Position numbers and translations under genes: made by a program. DNA of 63,989 nt, the filler included, from Octopus bimaculoides (lineage: Eukaryota), in assembly GCF_001194135.2 (NCBI RefSeq). It is 5 parts of 5 records of this genome, joined end to end, with 100 filler letters (N's around TTAATTAATTAA, not from the genome) between each part and the next. Parts side by side here need not be neighbours in the genome. Positions count along the whole stretch, not along the records: positions 1 to 30,403 come from NC_069008.1; 4 more parts are not named here. One strand, 5' to 3'. The notes below the pieces were generated by a model, which saw only the letters and a program-made list of their open reading frames with translations, was not told where the DNA came from and searched no databases. This document shows positions 1 through 11,343 of this stretch, piece after piece. Within the stretch, counting starts at the first letter, position 1. Every line of letters begins with the position of its first letter.

Positions 1-8
1 TTTTCTTC

Positions 9-239
9 TTAACCCTTTTGTTACAATATTTCTGTTGAGATGCTCTGTGATGTTTTTCAATTAATTTTAAATATAACAAAGAATTTAATAAAATAACTTC
101 GTTATAATTAAGCTAGTGTTTGGAACATAAATTGTGACTAAGGTTTGGTGGAAGATTTTAATTCAGAACTTTTAGAAACAAGACATTTGTACTACAGAGC
201 CAGAAGTGGTTTCAGCCGGGTTGGTAACGAAAGGGTTAA
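9..239. mobile_element. Non-autonomous piggyBac-like MITE
   Basis: TTAA at 9-12 and 236-239 flank inverted termini CCCTTTTGTTAC and GTAACGAAAGGG; TTAA/CCC...GGG/TTAA is the piggyBac signature; no ORF. Confidence 0.75.
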
Positions 240-948
240 GTCAAGTTTTGTGGTTTCATGGCCCATTCAAGTAGGGAGTTGTTGATTGAGATGTATCCAG
301 GGACAGGTGGCTTATCTGGTATCCCTTGAAGAAATCTGTTCACGTTTCATTTGAAGGTGATGAGATCTTTTTCTTCTTTAATTTGTTTTGGGATAATGTT
401 AAATAGAGCAGAGCCTGTTGGGGAAAAGAAATTGTATTGCAGTGATTTCATGTGTCGTGTGCCTGAATTATGTAGGGGTCGTATGGCACGTGTCCTAGCC
501 TTAGATGAATTCTGAATCTCATGTTAAGGTGGTTTGGGCAATGCTGGTGGTATGTTCCCAACATTGTGTAAATGATGTAGTGCTCAAGGCGGTGCTGGAG
601 TGAATAAAGATTCAATGATTTAAGGCAGTCGCAATAATCATGATCAGTCATGATCTATATATCTTTTTGTGAGTGCCCTCTGGGGGTGATTCAGTTCCTG
701 TATTTACTTCCGCCGCCGCCACCACCANNNNNNNNNNNNNNNNNNNNNNNNNNNNNNNNNNNNNNNNNNNNNNNNNNNNNNNNNNNNNNNNNNNNNNNNN
801 NNNNNNNNNNNNNNNNNNNNNNNNNNNNNNNNNNNNNNNNNNNNNNNNNNNNNNNNNNNNNNNNNNNNNNNNNNNNNNCACCACCACCACCACCGCCATC
901 ACCACCACCACCACCACAATAATAATAACCTCTGGTGTTTCTTTGCAG

Positions 949-1077
949 ATCGACATGGTCCAAATCAGAGAGGAGTACGAAAAGATGTTCGACGAGACCC
1001 TTGCCACGGCCATCCAGGGGGAGGCAATGGGTGATTACGAGGAGGTGCTGTTAGCTTTGATTGGACATAGGGCGTAA
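949..1077 (+). CDS. Annexin, terminal coding exon (end of annexin repeat IV)
   Basis: Acceptor tttctttgcag ends at 948; IDMVQIREEYEKMFDETLATAIQGEAMGDYEEVLLALIGHRA* matches the annexin C-terminal pattern (IDMVQI...TL...I.G...GDY..VLLAL.G); AATAAA at 1176. Confidence 0.9.
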   Translation: MDMVQIREEYEKMFDETLATAIQGEAMGDYEEVLLALIGHRA

Positions 1078-1211
1078 CCTGGATGCGGCCTCATGGGGTA
1101 AAGCAAATCCCAACCACTACTACCATCAATATTATTGTTACATCTGTTACTGCTACTACTACTACTACTGCTATTAATAAATAAATTCATAAATATATAT
1201 ATATATATATA

Positions 1212-1730
1212 GACAGCTTTTTCTATGTTGAGGTGCCTTTGGCTTCGATTGGACACAGGGTGTGACCTGAACACAGCTTAATGGACTGAGCAGGCATATC
1301 CAATCACCACCATTACTAATTCTATTGCTCTTAATATATATATATATATGTTACAGCTTTTTCTATATTAAGGTGCCTTTTGCTTCGACTGAACACAGGG
1401 TGTGACCTGCATGCAGCCTAATAAACTGAGCAGGCATATCCCGTGCACCACCACTAACACTATTGCATATACTCTATAACGCATATATTCTACAACGCAG
1501 CAGTGACATTGGCTTTTCAGTGGACAATGGCTGTGACCTGGAAGCAGCCTGGTGGACTGGGCAGGCCTTACCTACGATGACCACCACTATCATCATTACT
1601 GCTACTACGGTCTGCTATTTCATACACTGCAGTTTCTCCTGTTACGAGGTGGCGTTGGTGCTTATTAGACTCAGGGTGTGACCTATGCGGCCTAATGGAC
1701 TGAGGCATCCGACCACCATCACCTCTATCT
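1212..1730 (+). repeat. Four degenerate tandem copies of the annexin stop-codon region
   Basis: Units near 1224, 1364, 1505 and 1641 resemble gaggtgctgttagctttgattggacatagggcgtaacctggatgcggcctcatgg; they translate to EVPLASIGHRV*, KVPFASTEHRV* and EVALVLIRLRV*, with copy 3 frameshifted. Confidence 0.75.
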
Positions 1731-1735
1731 ATATT

Positions 1736-1741
1736 ACTGCC

Positions 1742-1776
<35 letters not shown>

Positions 1777-1906
1777 ACCACCATTACTACTACTATTGCC
1801 AATACTACTACTACTACTACTACTACTGCCACTACTACTACTACTATTACTACTGCCACTACTACTACTACTACCACTACTGCCACTACTACTACTACTA
1901 CCACTA

Positions 1907-1939
<33 letters not shown>

Positions 1940-1945
1940 TTACAG
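1736..1945. repeat. (CTA/CCA)n trinucleotide microsatellite
   Basis: Direct reading; explains the poly-Leu/Thr ORF 1685..1978. Confidence 0.95.
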
Positions 1946-2540
1946 CCTCCTTTTATAGTTTCAGAGAAGCTTAATTAAACGCAACATAGCAAAATTATTA
2001 ATGCTGAACAGGGTCTGGCAATGGGGTTGGCAGAATCGGTAGAGCGTCGCAGGTTATTCGGTTGTAAACCCTAAATGCTTTGAGTTCAAATCCTGTTGAT
2101 GTCAGCAGTGACCCATACATGCCGCTTGCTGGGCAATACACAGTATGACTAAAACCCTGTTGTGGAGTAACATCACTTATTTTTCATCCCGATTCAGTGT
2201 TTATTAGGTTTAAATTCGTTCAGATTGGGTGCGGGTTGGATCTTCATATCATTAAAACTATCAAACCTAAATGGGATACTTTGCTATGTTGTAGAATCAC
2301 CTATCCTGCTAGTGCTAAGCAAACGAATGATTGATTATCTAGTTAACACAAAAGCAGATGGTAGTGGCAGGAGCTTTGTTGCATATTCAGAAATTATTAA
2401 CCTTGTAAGTGATAGACACAGAGGTTTTTTTCGTCCTTTTAGTGGTTGCTTTGCATGTTTCTCTATAACGCTGATTTATAAATTAGAAAATTACTATTTT
2501 TAAATCTCACAATGTGAGATATTCAGCAACAGTACTTTCA

Positions 2541-2915
2541 AGTAAAGATTGTTTGCCAACATAACATGGCAGTCCTGGTTTAGGACGAATGTTGCTGTAA
2601 TTTAGCCCCAGGAGACATCGTCTCCAGCTGGCTATACAACATGATCTGTGTCCTTATATTTTCGAACAAGGGAATTTGGCAGCGCCACCTCTAGCCAAAC
2701 AATTATTCTGTGCTGCTGAAGGGAAATAACCCGGAAATTGCGATGTGCAGATATTGTTTTGAGCTGAGTGGGGGTGCTAGATTCCTTTGTTCGAAGATAT
2801 AAGGACACAGATCGTGTCGTATAGCCAGCTGGAGACGATGTCTCCTGGGGCTAAATTACAGTAACATTAGTCCTAAACCAGGACTACTATGTTATGTTGG
2901 CAAACAATCTTTACT
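2541..2915. mobile_element. Long-TIR MITE (about 115-bp inverted termini)
   Basis: agtaaagattgtttgccaacataacat...gtccttatattttcgaacaagggaat is mirrored by attcctttgttcgaagatataaggac...atgttatgttggcaaacaatctttact; related copy at 62293. Confidence 0.8.
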
Positions 2916-3247
2916 ACACTGCTTATAATGTCTAATATCAATCATGCACATTAAAATATTGGAAGTTAATCCAATACTTCTATATTGTCAAACACGCAGC
3001 TGGAATACAAAAGATCAGGTTACAGAAGTTTTCATTATTTGACAGCCATATTTTCTTTTACAAACATCGAATGCGAAACGAAGGAAACTGACTCTGTATT
3101 TCATAACCATCTTAAATGTTGATCGATGTTAATTTTTCAAAGGTTATTTATACAAAGTTGAATTGTTTTTGAATAAAATCATTTGTGTTGTAATACCTGA
3201 TGTTCATTTTGTTATTATTTCTGCCTTCAAACCAAGTGAGATTGTAG

Positions 3248-3992
3248 TCGTGGCCGATGCCGGTGTTTCATAACTGGCATCGGTGCCGGTGGCATGTAAA
3301 AAGTACCTGGTACACTCTTGGAGTGGTTGGCATTAGGGAGGGCATCCGGCTGTAGAAACCAAGCCAAATTCGGACTGGAACCTGGTGCATCTCCCCAGCT
3401 TACCAGTTTTCAGCCAAACCGTCCAACCCATGCCAGCATGGAAAACAAACATTAAATTATGATGATGATGATGATATCTTTCATGTGGTAAGCTGGCAGA
3501 ATTGTTGACACAATGGACAAAATGTTTAGCAGCATCTCGTCTATCTTTACATTCTGAGTTCAAATTCCGCCGAGGTCAATGAAATAACTGTCAGCTGAGC
3601 ACTGGGGTTGATATAATCAACTAGTCCCCCACCTCATCCCCCCACAGCAAAATTTCAGGCCTTGTCATGGCCCTAGAGTAGAAAGAATTATTATCATTAT
3701 AAAGCTGGTGAGCTGGCAGAAACGTTAGCATGCCAGACAAAATGCTTAGCGGTATTTTGTTCTGAGTTCAAATTCCGCCGAGGTCGACTTTGCCTTTCAT
3801 CCTTTCGGGGTCGATAAATTAAGTACCAGTTACACACTGGGGTCGATGTAATTGACTTAATCCCTTTGTCTGTCGATGTTTGTCCCCTCTATGTTTAGCC
3901 CCTTGTGGGCAATAAAGAAATAAGAATCGTTAGCATGCTGGGCGAAATGCTTAGCGGTATTTCATCCACCTTTATGTTCCGAGTTCAAATTC
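3248..3992 (+). mobile_element. Cluster of tRNA-derived SINEs (one with a (GAT)n tail, then three partial copies of family D)
   Basis: Repeated ggcagaaacgttagcatgcc...ttctgagttcaaattccgccgaggtcgac with box-B-like GAGTTCAAAT; same families recur at 7801, 25740, 26030, 38225, 57550 and 63390. Confidence 0.8.
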
Positions 3993-4018
3993 TAACCACT
4001 GGGCCATTGCGCCTCCAC

Positions 4019-4885
4019 TCAGAAAAGTATACACGCTGACCATTCTCCAAATGAACAGTCAGATGCATGATTGCTGGATGCCTTTGGTGGAGGGGGAAAC
4101 TGAAAATACGCCAAAAAGCCTCATTGCTGCTGATGTACCGCCCCACTGGCACTTTGAAAGCCAAATACGGCGGCATCGGAGCCTTTGTTAATGTACTTTA
4201 TTGCTTTAACGGAACTGCAAAATCCAACATTTATATGGGCGTTAAAAATCTTCAAGAAAAGTGGGCAGTAAGGGACAACCCACCGATTGTCGACTTTACT
4301 TCTCTTTACTGTTGTGGTGAAGCCACTGTTCTCAGGCTGTCTCCGTCTGTACAGGGGGTACCCGTCTCCATTAGTCCGTGTCTCATCAACAAATTGCTTA
4401 GGGAATCCCTTACTACATGACCCGTTCTGTAGGCACGCATGATGGCCATCAACACCCATCCCACACGGACCATGAATCATGTTCATGCTGACAATGTCGT
4501 CTAACTCATGGTCGATGACAGGGTTAGGAATCTCAGCTGAGATATGATTGCATCAACATCATTAGAGTTGATTTTCGTCGCGAGCCAAATCAGAATGTGA
4601 GCATGCGGATGTCCTCTCTTCTGCCATTCCACGGTGTACATACATGTTGTACTTGACTGGCCCCAAAATCCGCCCCTTTTTAATTAATGACATCAACTTG
4701 GCCAACTTTAGCTGGGACACTCGAGCAAGGTTGTTGCCCAGGGTAAAGTTCACAGGTTATTTCCACCCAGTTTAGGTTGCACGTGAACGTAATAAACAAG
4801 TCAGGACGACCATAATTTCGGACGTACGTCATTGCGTCCTGGGTTCGTTCGTGCATGTACCTGGGTGCCACCTCACCCCGTAAGC
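4019..4885 (-). pseudogene. Helitron Rep (HUH endonuclease) relic, frameshifted
   Basis: Across frames: PRYMHERTQDAMTYVRNYGRPDLFITFTCN (motif 1), VEWQKRGHPHAHILIWL (HUH), MIHGPCG...CSKGFPK...GYPLYRRR, VDNRWVVPY, AHINV...AIKYINKGSD, RYISSNEAFWRIFSFP; all characteristic of RepHel. Confidence 0.92.
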
Positions 4886-6078
4886 CTCGGGAATTTCACT
4901 CTCGACACCCATTGATCTTTTCACCATCAATTTTTTCAATGTACGGGTTAAATACGGAGATTAAGAATATGGAAAACACATTTTTAAATCTCATATTTAC
5001 CATGAAAAACTACAGCTAAATTTTTAGATAACACTCACACGATTTTCACTAATTGTTGTGTGAGAAAGCATATATAATGTCATTATAGAATATAGTGTCT
5101 TTCAAAAACATCGTATATAGAAGAAAAGAAAGCATTTTACATTTTCAGCCTCGGAAATTCCTCCACACACACACACATTGATCTTTTCACCATCAATTTT
5201 TCAATGTACGGGGAAAATACGGAGATTAAGAATATGGAAAATATTTTTAAATCTCAAATTTACCATGAAAAAATACAGGTAAATTTTTTAGAAAACACTC
5301 GGACGATTTTCACTAAGAAATAAATAAATGGAACACTGACAAATTGTTACATACCTCGTTGTTTCATTGTTGTTAAATAAATGGATGTTGATCTTTCGGT
5401 ACGAGTCCTAAATGTCTGCCTTTTCAGTAGAAAGTGTCTTCGGCGATCTTTATCAAAGTTCGGCCTTTTCCGTAACACCCGCACGATCTTCACTACGGTG
5501 TTAGAGTTAGGGTACGGAAAAGGCCGATNNNNNNNNNNNNNNNNNNNNNNNNNNNNNNNNNNNNNNNNNNNNNNNNNNNNNNNNNNNNNNNNNNNNNNNN
5601 NNNNNNNNNNNNNNNNNNNNNNNNNNNNNNNNNNNNNNNNNNNNNNNNNNNNNNNNNNNNNNNNNNNNNNNNNNNNNNNNNNNNNNNNNNNNNNNNNNNN
5701 NNNNNNNNNNNNNNNNNNNNNNNNNNNNNNNNNNNNNNNNNNNNNNNNNNNNNNNNNNNNNNNNNNNNNNNNNNNNNNNNNNNNNNNNNNNNNNNNNNNN
5801 NNNNNNNNNNNNNNNNNNNNNNNNNGAAACCAAATGTGCTAGTTGCTAATTACATCGTCATTAGGTTTTATTTTCTAATTGAATTAACCAATGTACAGAG
5901 ATGAAGAATATGGAAAATATTTTTAAATCTCAAATTTACCATGAAAAAATACAGGTAAATTTTTTAGAAAACACTCGGACGATTTTCACTAAGAAATAAA
6001 TAAATGGAACACTGACAAATTGTTACATACCTCGTTGTTTCATTGTTGTTAAATAAATGGATGTTGATCTTTCGGTAC

Positions 6079-6260
6079 GAGTCCTAAATGTCTGCCTTTT
6101 CAGTAGAAAGTGTCTTCGGCGATCTTTATCAAAGTTCGGCCTTTTCCGTAACACCCGCACGATCTTCACTACGGTGTTAGAGTTAGGGTACGGAAAAGGC
6201 CGATCTTTGGTAGAGATCGCCGAAGACACTTTTTACGGAAAAGGCCGATATTTAGGACTC
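6079..6260. mobile_element. Small fold-back MITE (about 75-bp arms, gttagagttaggg in the loop)
   Basis: gagtcctaaatgtctgccttttcagtagaaagtgtcttcggcgatc... is complementary to ...gatcgccgaagacacttttacggaaaaggccgatatttaggactc. Confidence 0.65.
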
Positions 6261-7432
6261 ATGTGTGTGTGTGAGTGAGATGGGGTGGGGAGAAATATGA
6301 ACGATGTAAAATAAATAAATGATTTAAAGTAAATATATTTTAATTGTTGTGTGAGAAAGTATATATAATCTCATTATAAAATATAGTGTCTTTCAAAAAC
6401 ATTGAACCTATATGTCATGTTTAAGAATAAAAAAAAAACATTTGACATTTTCACACATGTAGTCGTTTTATTATCATTATCTTATGATATTTATGATATT
6501 TTTCGAAGTGCCTCCCCCTATTGGGAGTTTTATTTGTTCTATCTTTCTCCGTTTTTTTCCTCTGTTTACACGAATGTTTTTCTACTTTTCGGACAAAACC
6601 CTATGTAACCTTCGTCCTGTCTTTGTCTTTACATGTTTTTGATTGATATTAGCCCTTGTGGCCAATAAAACGAATTAATTATTTTATATTTACTTTGTAT
6701 TATATTATACTTATTTATCGTGCATTTACTTATTAATTTTTCTATATGTGACTGTGGATTTTCATGGAAAAGTTCATGGACTTTGGTTCTTTTCTCTAAA
6801 ACTATATATATATATTTATTGCCCACAGAGGGCTAAACATAGAGGGGACGAACAAGAATAAAGGGATTAAGTCGATTACATCGACCACAGTGCGTAATTG
6901 GCATTTAATNNNNNNNNNNNNNNNNNNNNNNNNNNNNNNNNNNNNNNNNNNNNNNNNNNNNNNNNNNNNNNNNNNNNNNNNNNNNNNNNNNNNNNNNNNN
7001 NNNNNNNNNNNNNNNNNNNNNNNNNNNNNNNNNNNNNNNNNNNNNNNNNNNNNNNNNNNNNNNNNNNNNNNNNNNNNNNNNNNNNNNNNNNNNNNNNNNN
7101 NNNNNNNNNNNNNNNNNNNNNNNNNNNNNNNNNNNNNNNNNNNNNNNNNNNNNNNNNNNNNNNNNNNNNNNNNNNNNNNNNNNNNNNNNNNNNNNNNNNN
7201 NNNNNNNNNNNNNNNNNNNNNNNNNNNNNNNNNNNNNNNNNNNNNNNNNNNNNNNNNNNNNNNNNNNNNNNNNNNNNNNNNNNNNNNNNNNNNNNNNNNN
7301 NNNNNNNNNNNNNNNNNNNNNNNNNNNNNNNNNNNNNNNNNNNNNNNNNNNNNNNNNNNNNNNNNNNNNNNNNNNNNNNNNNNNNNNNNNNNNNNNNNNN
7401 NNNNNNNNNNNNNNNNNNNNNNNNNNNNNNNN

Positions 7433-7789
7433 ATAAGATTAGAAATATAACGGAACGCTGAACTCCGGACTATCAACTTAAACAACATTTATTCAGGTGG
7501 TAAATATATACATCTTCAGCTCTTGTTGTTACAGCTTCTGTGTGTGTGAGCATAGTTGTTTGGACGTTTGGTATGTAGATGTAAGCGAGCTGTCGAGCGT
7601 AAGTTCGAAAGATGAAGAGAGACAGCTAAACACGTAAAGAGACTGTCTCCAGAGTTGGAATGTTGGAGACACTGCTTGACACGTCCATGCTCATGGCCGG
7701 CCGACCGAGAAAGAGATAGAATTAAGTGGGAAAGCTTGCTTGTTTAATTCCACGCATGCGTGAGACTACGCATGCGCACGGCGTTACTA
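7433..7789 (-). mobile_element. Possible solo-LTR fragment
   Basis: On the minus strand begins TGTAGTAAC, contains gcgcatgcgt motifs and an AATAAA near the far end; more GC-rich than its flanks; other end lost in a gap. Confidence 0.3.
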
Positions 7790-7800
7790 CATATATATAT

Positions 7801-8035
7801 ATATTTATTGCCCACAGAGGGCTAAACATAGAGGGGACGAACAAGAATAAAGGGATTAAGTCGATTACATCGACCACAGTGCGTAATTGGCATTTAATTT
7901 ATCGACCCCCTCCCCTCCCAACAGGATGAAAGGCAAAGTGGACCTCGGCGGAATTTGAACTCAGAACGTGGCAACTGACAAAATACCGCTAAGCATTTCG
8001 CTCAGCGTGCTAACTATTCTGCCAGCTCGCTGCCT
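7801..8035 (-). mobile_element. tRNA-derived SINE, family D, near full length
   Basis: Reverse complement of the 3705-3925 unit. Confidence 0.8.
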
Positions 8036-8248
8036 ATTGTGTATGTATTTATTTATACACACACACACACACACACATAAATGGTGTTCATCAAAGATTT
8101 CCCCTGACCCATTTCCGGTTATTGCCAGAAACGGAACTGATACTGGTATAATCATTCATGTCTCTACATGTCGCAATGTAAATTGTAGCTTTCCTCTAGA
8201 ATTCGTTTGTGTTTTACAGCTGCTCAAGTGGATTAAGGTGTTATAACG

Positions 8249-8475
8249 GAGGCAGTTGAATGCAGATCAATGATCAAGTTCTTAAACTTGAAAGGTTGTA
8301 CACCAAAAGAGATTTTCGACGAGATGAAAAAAGTTTATGGTGACGATGCCCCATCATACGATGTAGTCAAGCATTGGCATCACCAGTTCAAACGTGGTCG
8401 GACATCGGCGGAAACTGTTCCTATTCCTGGACGACTACATTCCACCATTGATGACGCCATCATCCATAAAATGGA
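8249..8475 (+). pseudogene. Mariner transposase N-terminal HTH fragment
   Basis: AVECRSMIKFLNLKGCTPKEIFDEMKKVYGDDAPSYDVVKHWHHQFKRGRTS...PIPGR resembles the Mos1/SETMAR-type HTH. Confidence 0.85.
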
Positions 8476-8608
8476 AAAACACCATTTTGCCGCTTAACTA
8501 TTTGGAAACAACCCAACTCCCTGCTCCACCGCCTTTTTCTTCTCCTCTCACCTGTCGCTGGCAACACCTATACCACTGCGTAGTAGTAGTAGCGACTGAT
8601 GTCGATGA

Positions 8609-8745
8609 TACCTGGTTGATCCTGCCAATAGTCATATGTTTGTCTCAAAGCTGAAGCCATGTAAGTGTAAGTACAAACTGCGAATGGCTCAAGAACTGGA
8701 CGTAATCCTCACCGTGAAGAGACAATTCTAGAGCTAGTACACGCA
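8609..8745 (+). rRNA. 18S rRNA 5' end, degenerate orphan fragment
   Basis: TACCTGGTTGATCCTGCCAATAGTCATATGTTTGTCTCAAAG...AAGCCATG...ACTGCGAATGGCTC...AATTCTAGAGCTAGTACAC matches the universal 18S start, with substitutions. Confidence 0.88.
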
Positions 8746-9001
8746 ACAGAAGCCACGATCCTAGGTCGCAGCCGGGCTTCGGGCCGAAAAACGGTGTTCA
8801 GCAGCAGCCATGGCGCAACGCCCGTCATCCGCTTCCAGGCAGCGCGTCTGCGCTCACCCGCCTTCCTGGTCATGACGATACGGTCGGCCTTCCGCATTTG
8901 TCGCGACAAAAATATTAGACTTTGACCGACACGTACGGGTGAAATGGGCCGCTCCTCTCTGGATCGGAGGCAGCCGTATATCGCAGCCATTGCGTCGTGA
9001 C

Positions 9002-9363
9002 GAATGCACGGTGCCAAGTGGGCCACTTTTGGTAAGCAGAACTGGTGATGTGGGATGAACCGAAAGTCCAGCTAAGGTGCCCTACGCTTCGCCCATTAGA
9101 TCCCCAAAAGGGTGTCAGTCGATATAGACAGCAGGACAGTGGCTACAGAAGTGGGAATCCGCTCAGGAGTGTGTAACAACTTACCTGCTGAATCGACTGG
9201 CCCCAAAAATGGATGGCGCTAGAGTGAGCGACCGATGCAGGCCCGGTCGGGCGACAGGCTGCCTGATTGCCAGTGAGGCGATTTTCCGATGTCCTGTCGA
9301 GTAGGATGGCACTTCAGCGAGCACGGGAATCTGCGGGCGTGATTCCGGGTGAAGCTGATCATG
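9002..9363 (+). rRNA. 28S rRNA internal fragment, degenerate, truncated by a gap
   Basis: GTGGGCCACTTTTGGTAAGCAGAACTGG, GATATAGACAGCAGGAC, GGAGTGTGTAACAACT and AAAATGGATGGCGCT are conserved eukaryotic LSU blocks in the correct order. Confidence 0.9.
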
Positions 9364-11063
9364 NNNNNNNNNNNNNNNNNNNNNNNNNNNNNNNNNNNNN
9401 NNNNNNNNNNNNNNNNNNNNNNNNNNNNNNNNNNNNNNNNNNNNNNNNNNNNNNNNNNNNNNNNNNNNNNNNNNNNNNNNNNNNNNNNNNNNNNNNNNNN
9501 NNNNNNNNNNNNNNNNNNNNNNNNNNNNNNNNNNNNNNNNNNNNNNNNNNNNNNNNNNNNNNNNNNNNNNNNNNNNNNNNNNNNNNNNNNNNNNNNNNNN
9601 NNNNNNNNNNNNNNNNNNNNNNNNNNNNNNNNNNNNNNNNNNNNNNNNNNNNNNNNNNNNNNNNNNNNNNNNNNNNNNNNNNNNNNNNNNNNNNNNNNNN
9701 NNNNNNNNNNNNNNNNNNNNNNNNNNNNNNNNNNNNNNNNNNNNNNNNNNNNNNNNNNNNNNNNNNNNNNNNNNNNNNNNNNNNNNNNNNNNNNNNNNNN
9801 NNNNNNNNNNNNNNNNNNNNNNNNNNNNNNNNNNNNNNNNNNNNNNNNNNNNNNNNNNNNNNNNNNNNNNNNNNNNNNNNNNNNNNNNNNNNNNNNNNNN
9901 NNNNNNNNNNNNNNNNNNNNNNNNNNNNNNNNNNNNNNNNNNNNNNNNNNNNNNNNNNNNNNNNNNNNNNNNNNNNNNNNNNNNNNNNNNAATACAATTC
10001 AATAATAATAATAAGAATAACTGACACAAACAACAAAAAACAATAGTATTTTCCATCTCATATTTTTTGTTTTTCTTTTTTTCTTCATTTCTTTCTTCCC
10101 ACCATAATATCATCAAAATTACCATTTTTGTTATTTCATTTTTGTTTTTTTTATAATCTTTCAGTTTATTGTTTTATAATTTTCCATCTTTTTCCATCTT
10201 CATTATTTCTTTTTGCATTTTCAAATTGTTTTTTTTTTCTTCTTCTTTTTTGACCATTTTTTTGTTTGTTTTTGGAAGAAGTCCTATGGAAATTAAAGCA
10301 GTGTTTAATTTGGCGGCGATGGTTGTAGCGGTAGGATGGGGTTTGTGGTGGTGGTGGTGGTGGTGGGGCAAGGTTCGAGATTGAAGTTAGGTCAAGGGTA
10401 GGGCTAACCCCTCTCAACAACAAACCTGGTATGGTGTTCTGTTGTGTGTGCGGTGGTGTGGGATACAGTGTTGTGTATGGAGTAATGTGGATAGGGGTAT
10501 ATATGCTTTGTAGTAAGTGTCTCATCTCCATTCTTCATTGTTCCTGTTATTAGTGTATATATATATATATATATACATAAATATATATATATATATATAT
10601 ATNNNNNNNNNNNNNNNNNNNNNNNNNNNNNNNNNNNNNNNNNNNNNNNNNNNNNNNNNNNNNNNNNNNNNNNNNNNNNNNNNNNNNNNNNNNNNNNNNN
10701 NNTCATCATCATCATCATCCAGTGTTTTAAATCTGGGTTTTGTCCCCGTTAACAGTGGTGGCTGGATCTACCTCAATGCCATAGCAACTGAGGTAGGTAG
10801 GTGCAGCCCACCACAACCTTTGGGCCTATTCTTCTTTGCTATCATGAGGCTTTTTTAGTGCTGGATTTTCTACAGGGAGCATGCCCTTGCTTACCCCACA
10901 ACCTCAGTTTCTAAACATGAGTGGTCCTGAGACCAAGACCTCTACCACGATTTTTAAGAAATGTGGTGGAAAACTAGCTCAGGAAGGCAGGGATACTACT
11001 CCCTGAGACCCCTCTGTTGGTTACGACGTTGAGGATTCCAGTTGATCCGATCAACGAAACAGT

Positions 11064-11343
11064 CGGCGATCATTCGATAGTAGTGCGCTGCTTGTCAACC
11101 AGTAGTCAGCTGGTCAAACATGTCTTTGTTTTCATCAATTCGGCAATTTCCGTAAAGAAAGAGGGAAAGGGCGTTAGTCAGCAGGTAGCAGACAGCAGGC
11201 ACTCGCTTTCTTTCTTTCTCTCTCTCTCTCTCTCTAGAAATTGCGGAATTGATGTAAACAAAGACATGTTGACCAGCTGACCACTGGTTGACAATCAGCA
11301 GGTACTGGTTGACAAGCAGAGCACTACTATCGAATGATCGCTG
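11064..11343. mobile_element. 280-bp MITE inserted into a family-B SINE fragment
   Basis: Termini cggcgatcattcgatagtagtgcgctgcttgtcaaccagta and tactggttgacaagcagagcactactatcgaatgatcgctg; flanks aacagt/aacaat; SINE-B sequence resumes on both sides (11007-11430). Confidence 0.7.

Noticed and set aside
5229-6203. About 300-bp direct repeat (5229-5528 = 5906-6203)
   Set aside because: Identical copies flank an N-gap, which is the pattern of unmerged contig overlap; not treated as a real duplication
6806-7898. Identical 100-bp SINE-D tail plus flank on both sides of a gap
   Set aside because: Probably an assembly overlap or two very young SINE copies; uninformative
8709-9026. GC-rich 105-aa ORF suggesting a bacterial insert
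   Set aside because: It overlaps rRNA-derived sequence at both ends, so it is best explained as antisense rDNA
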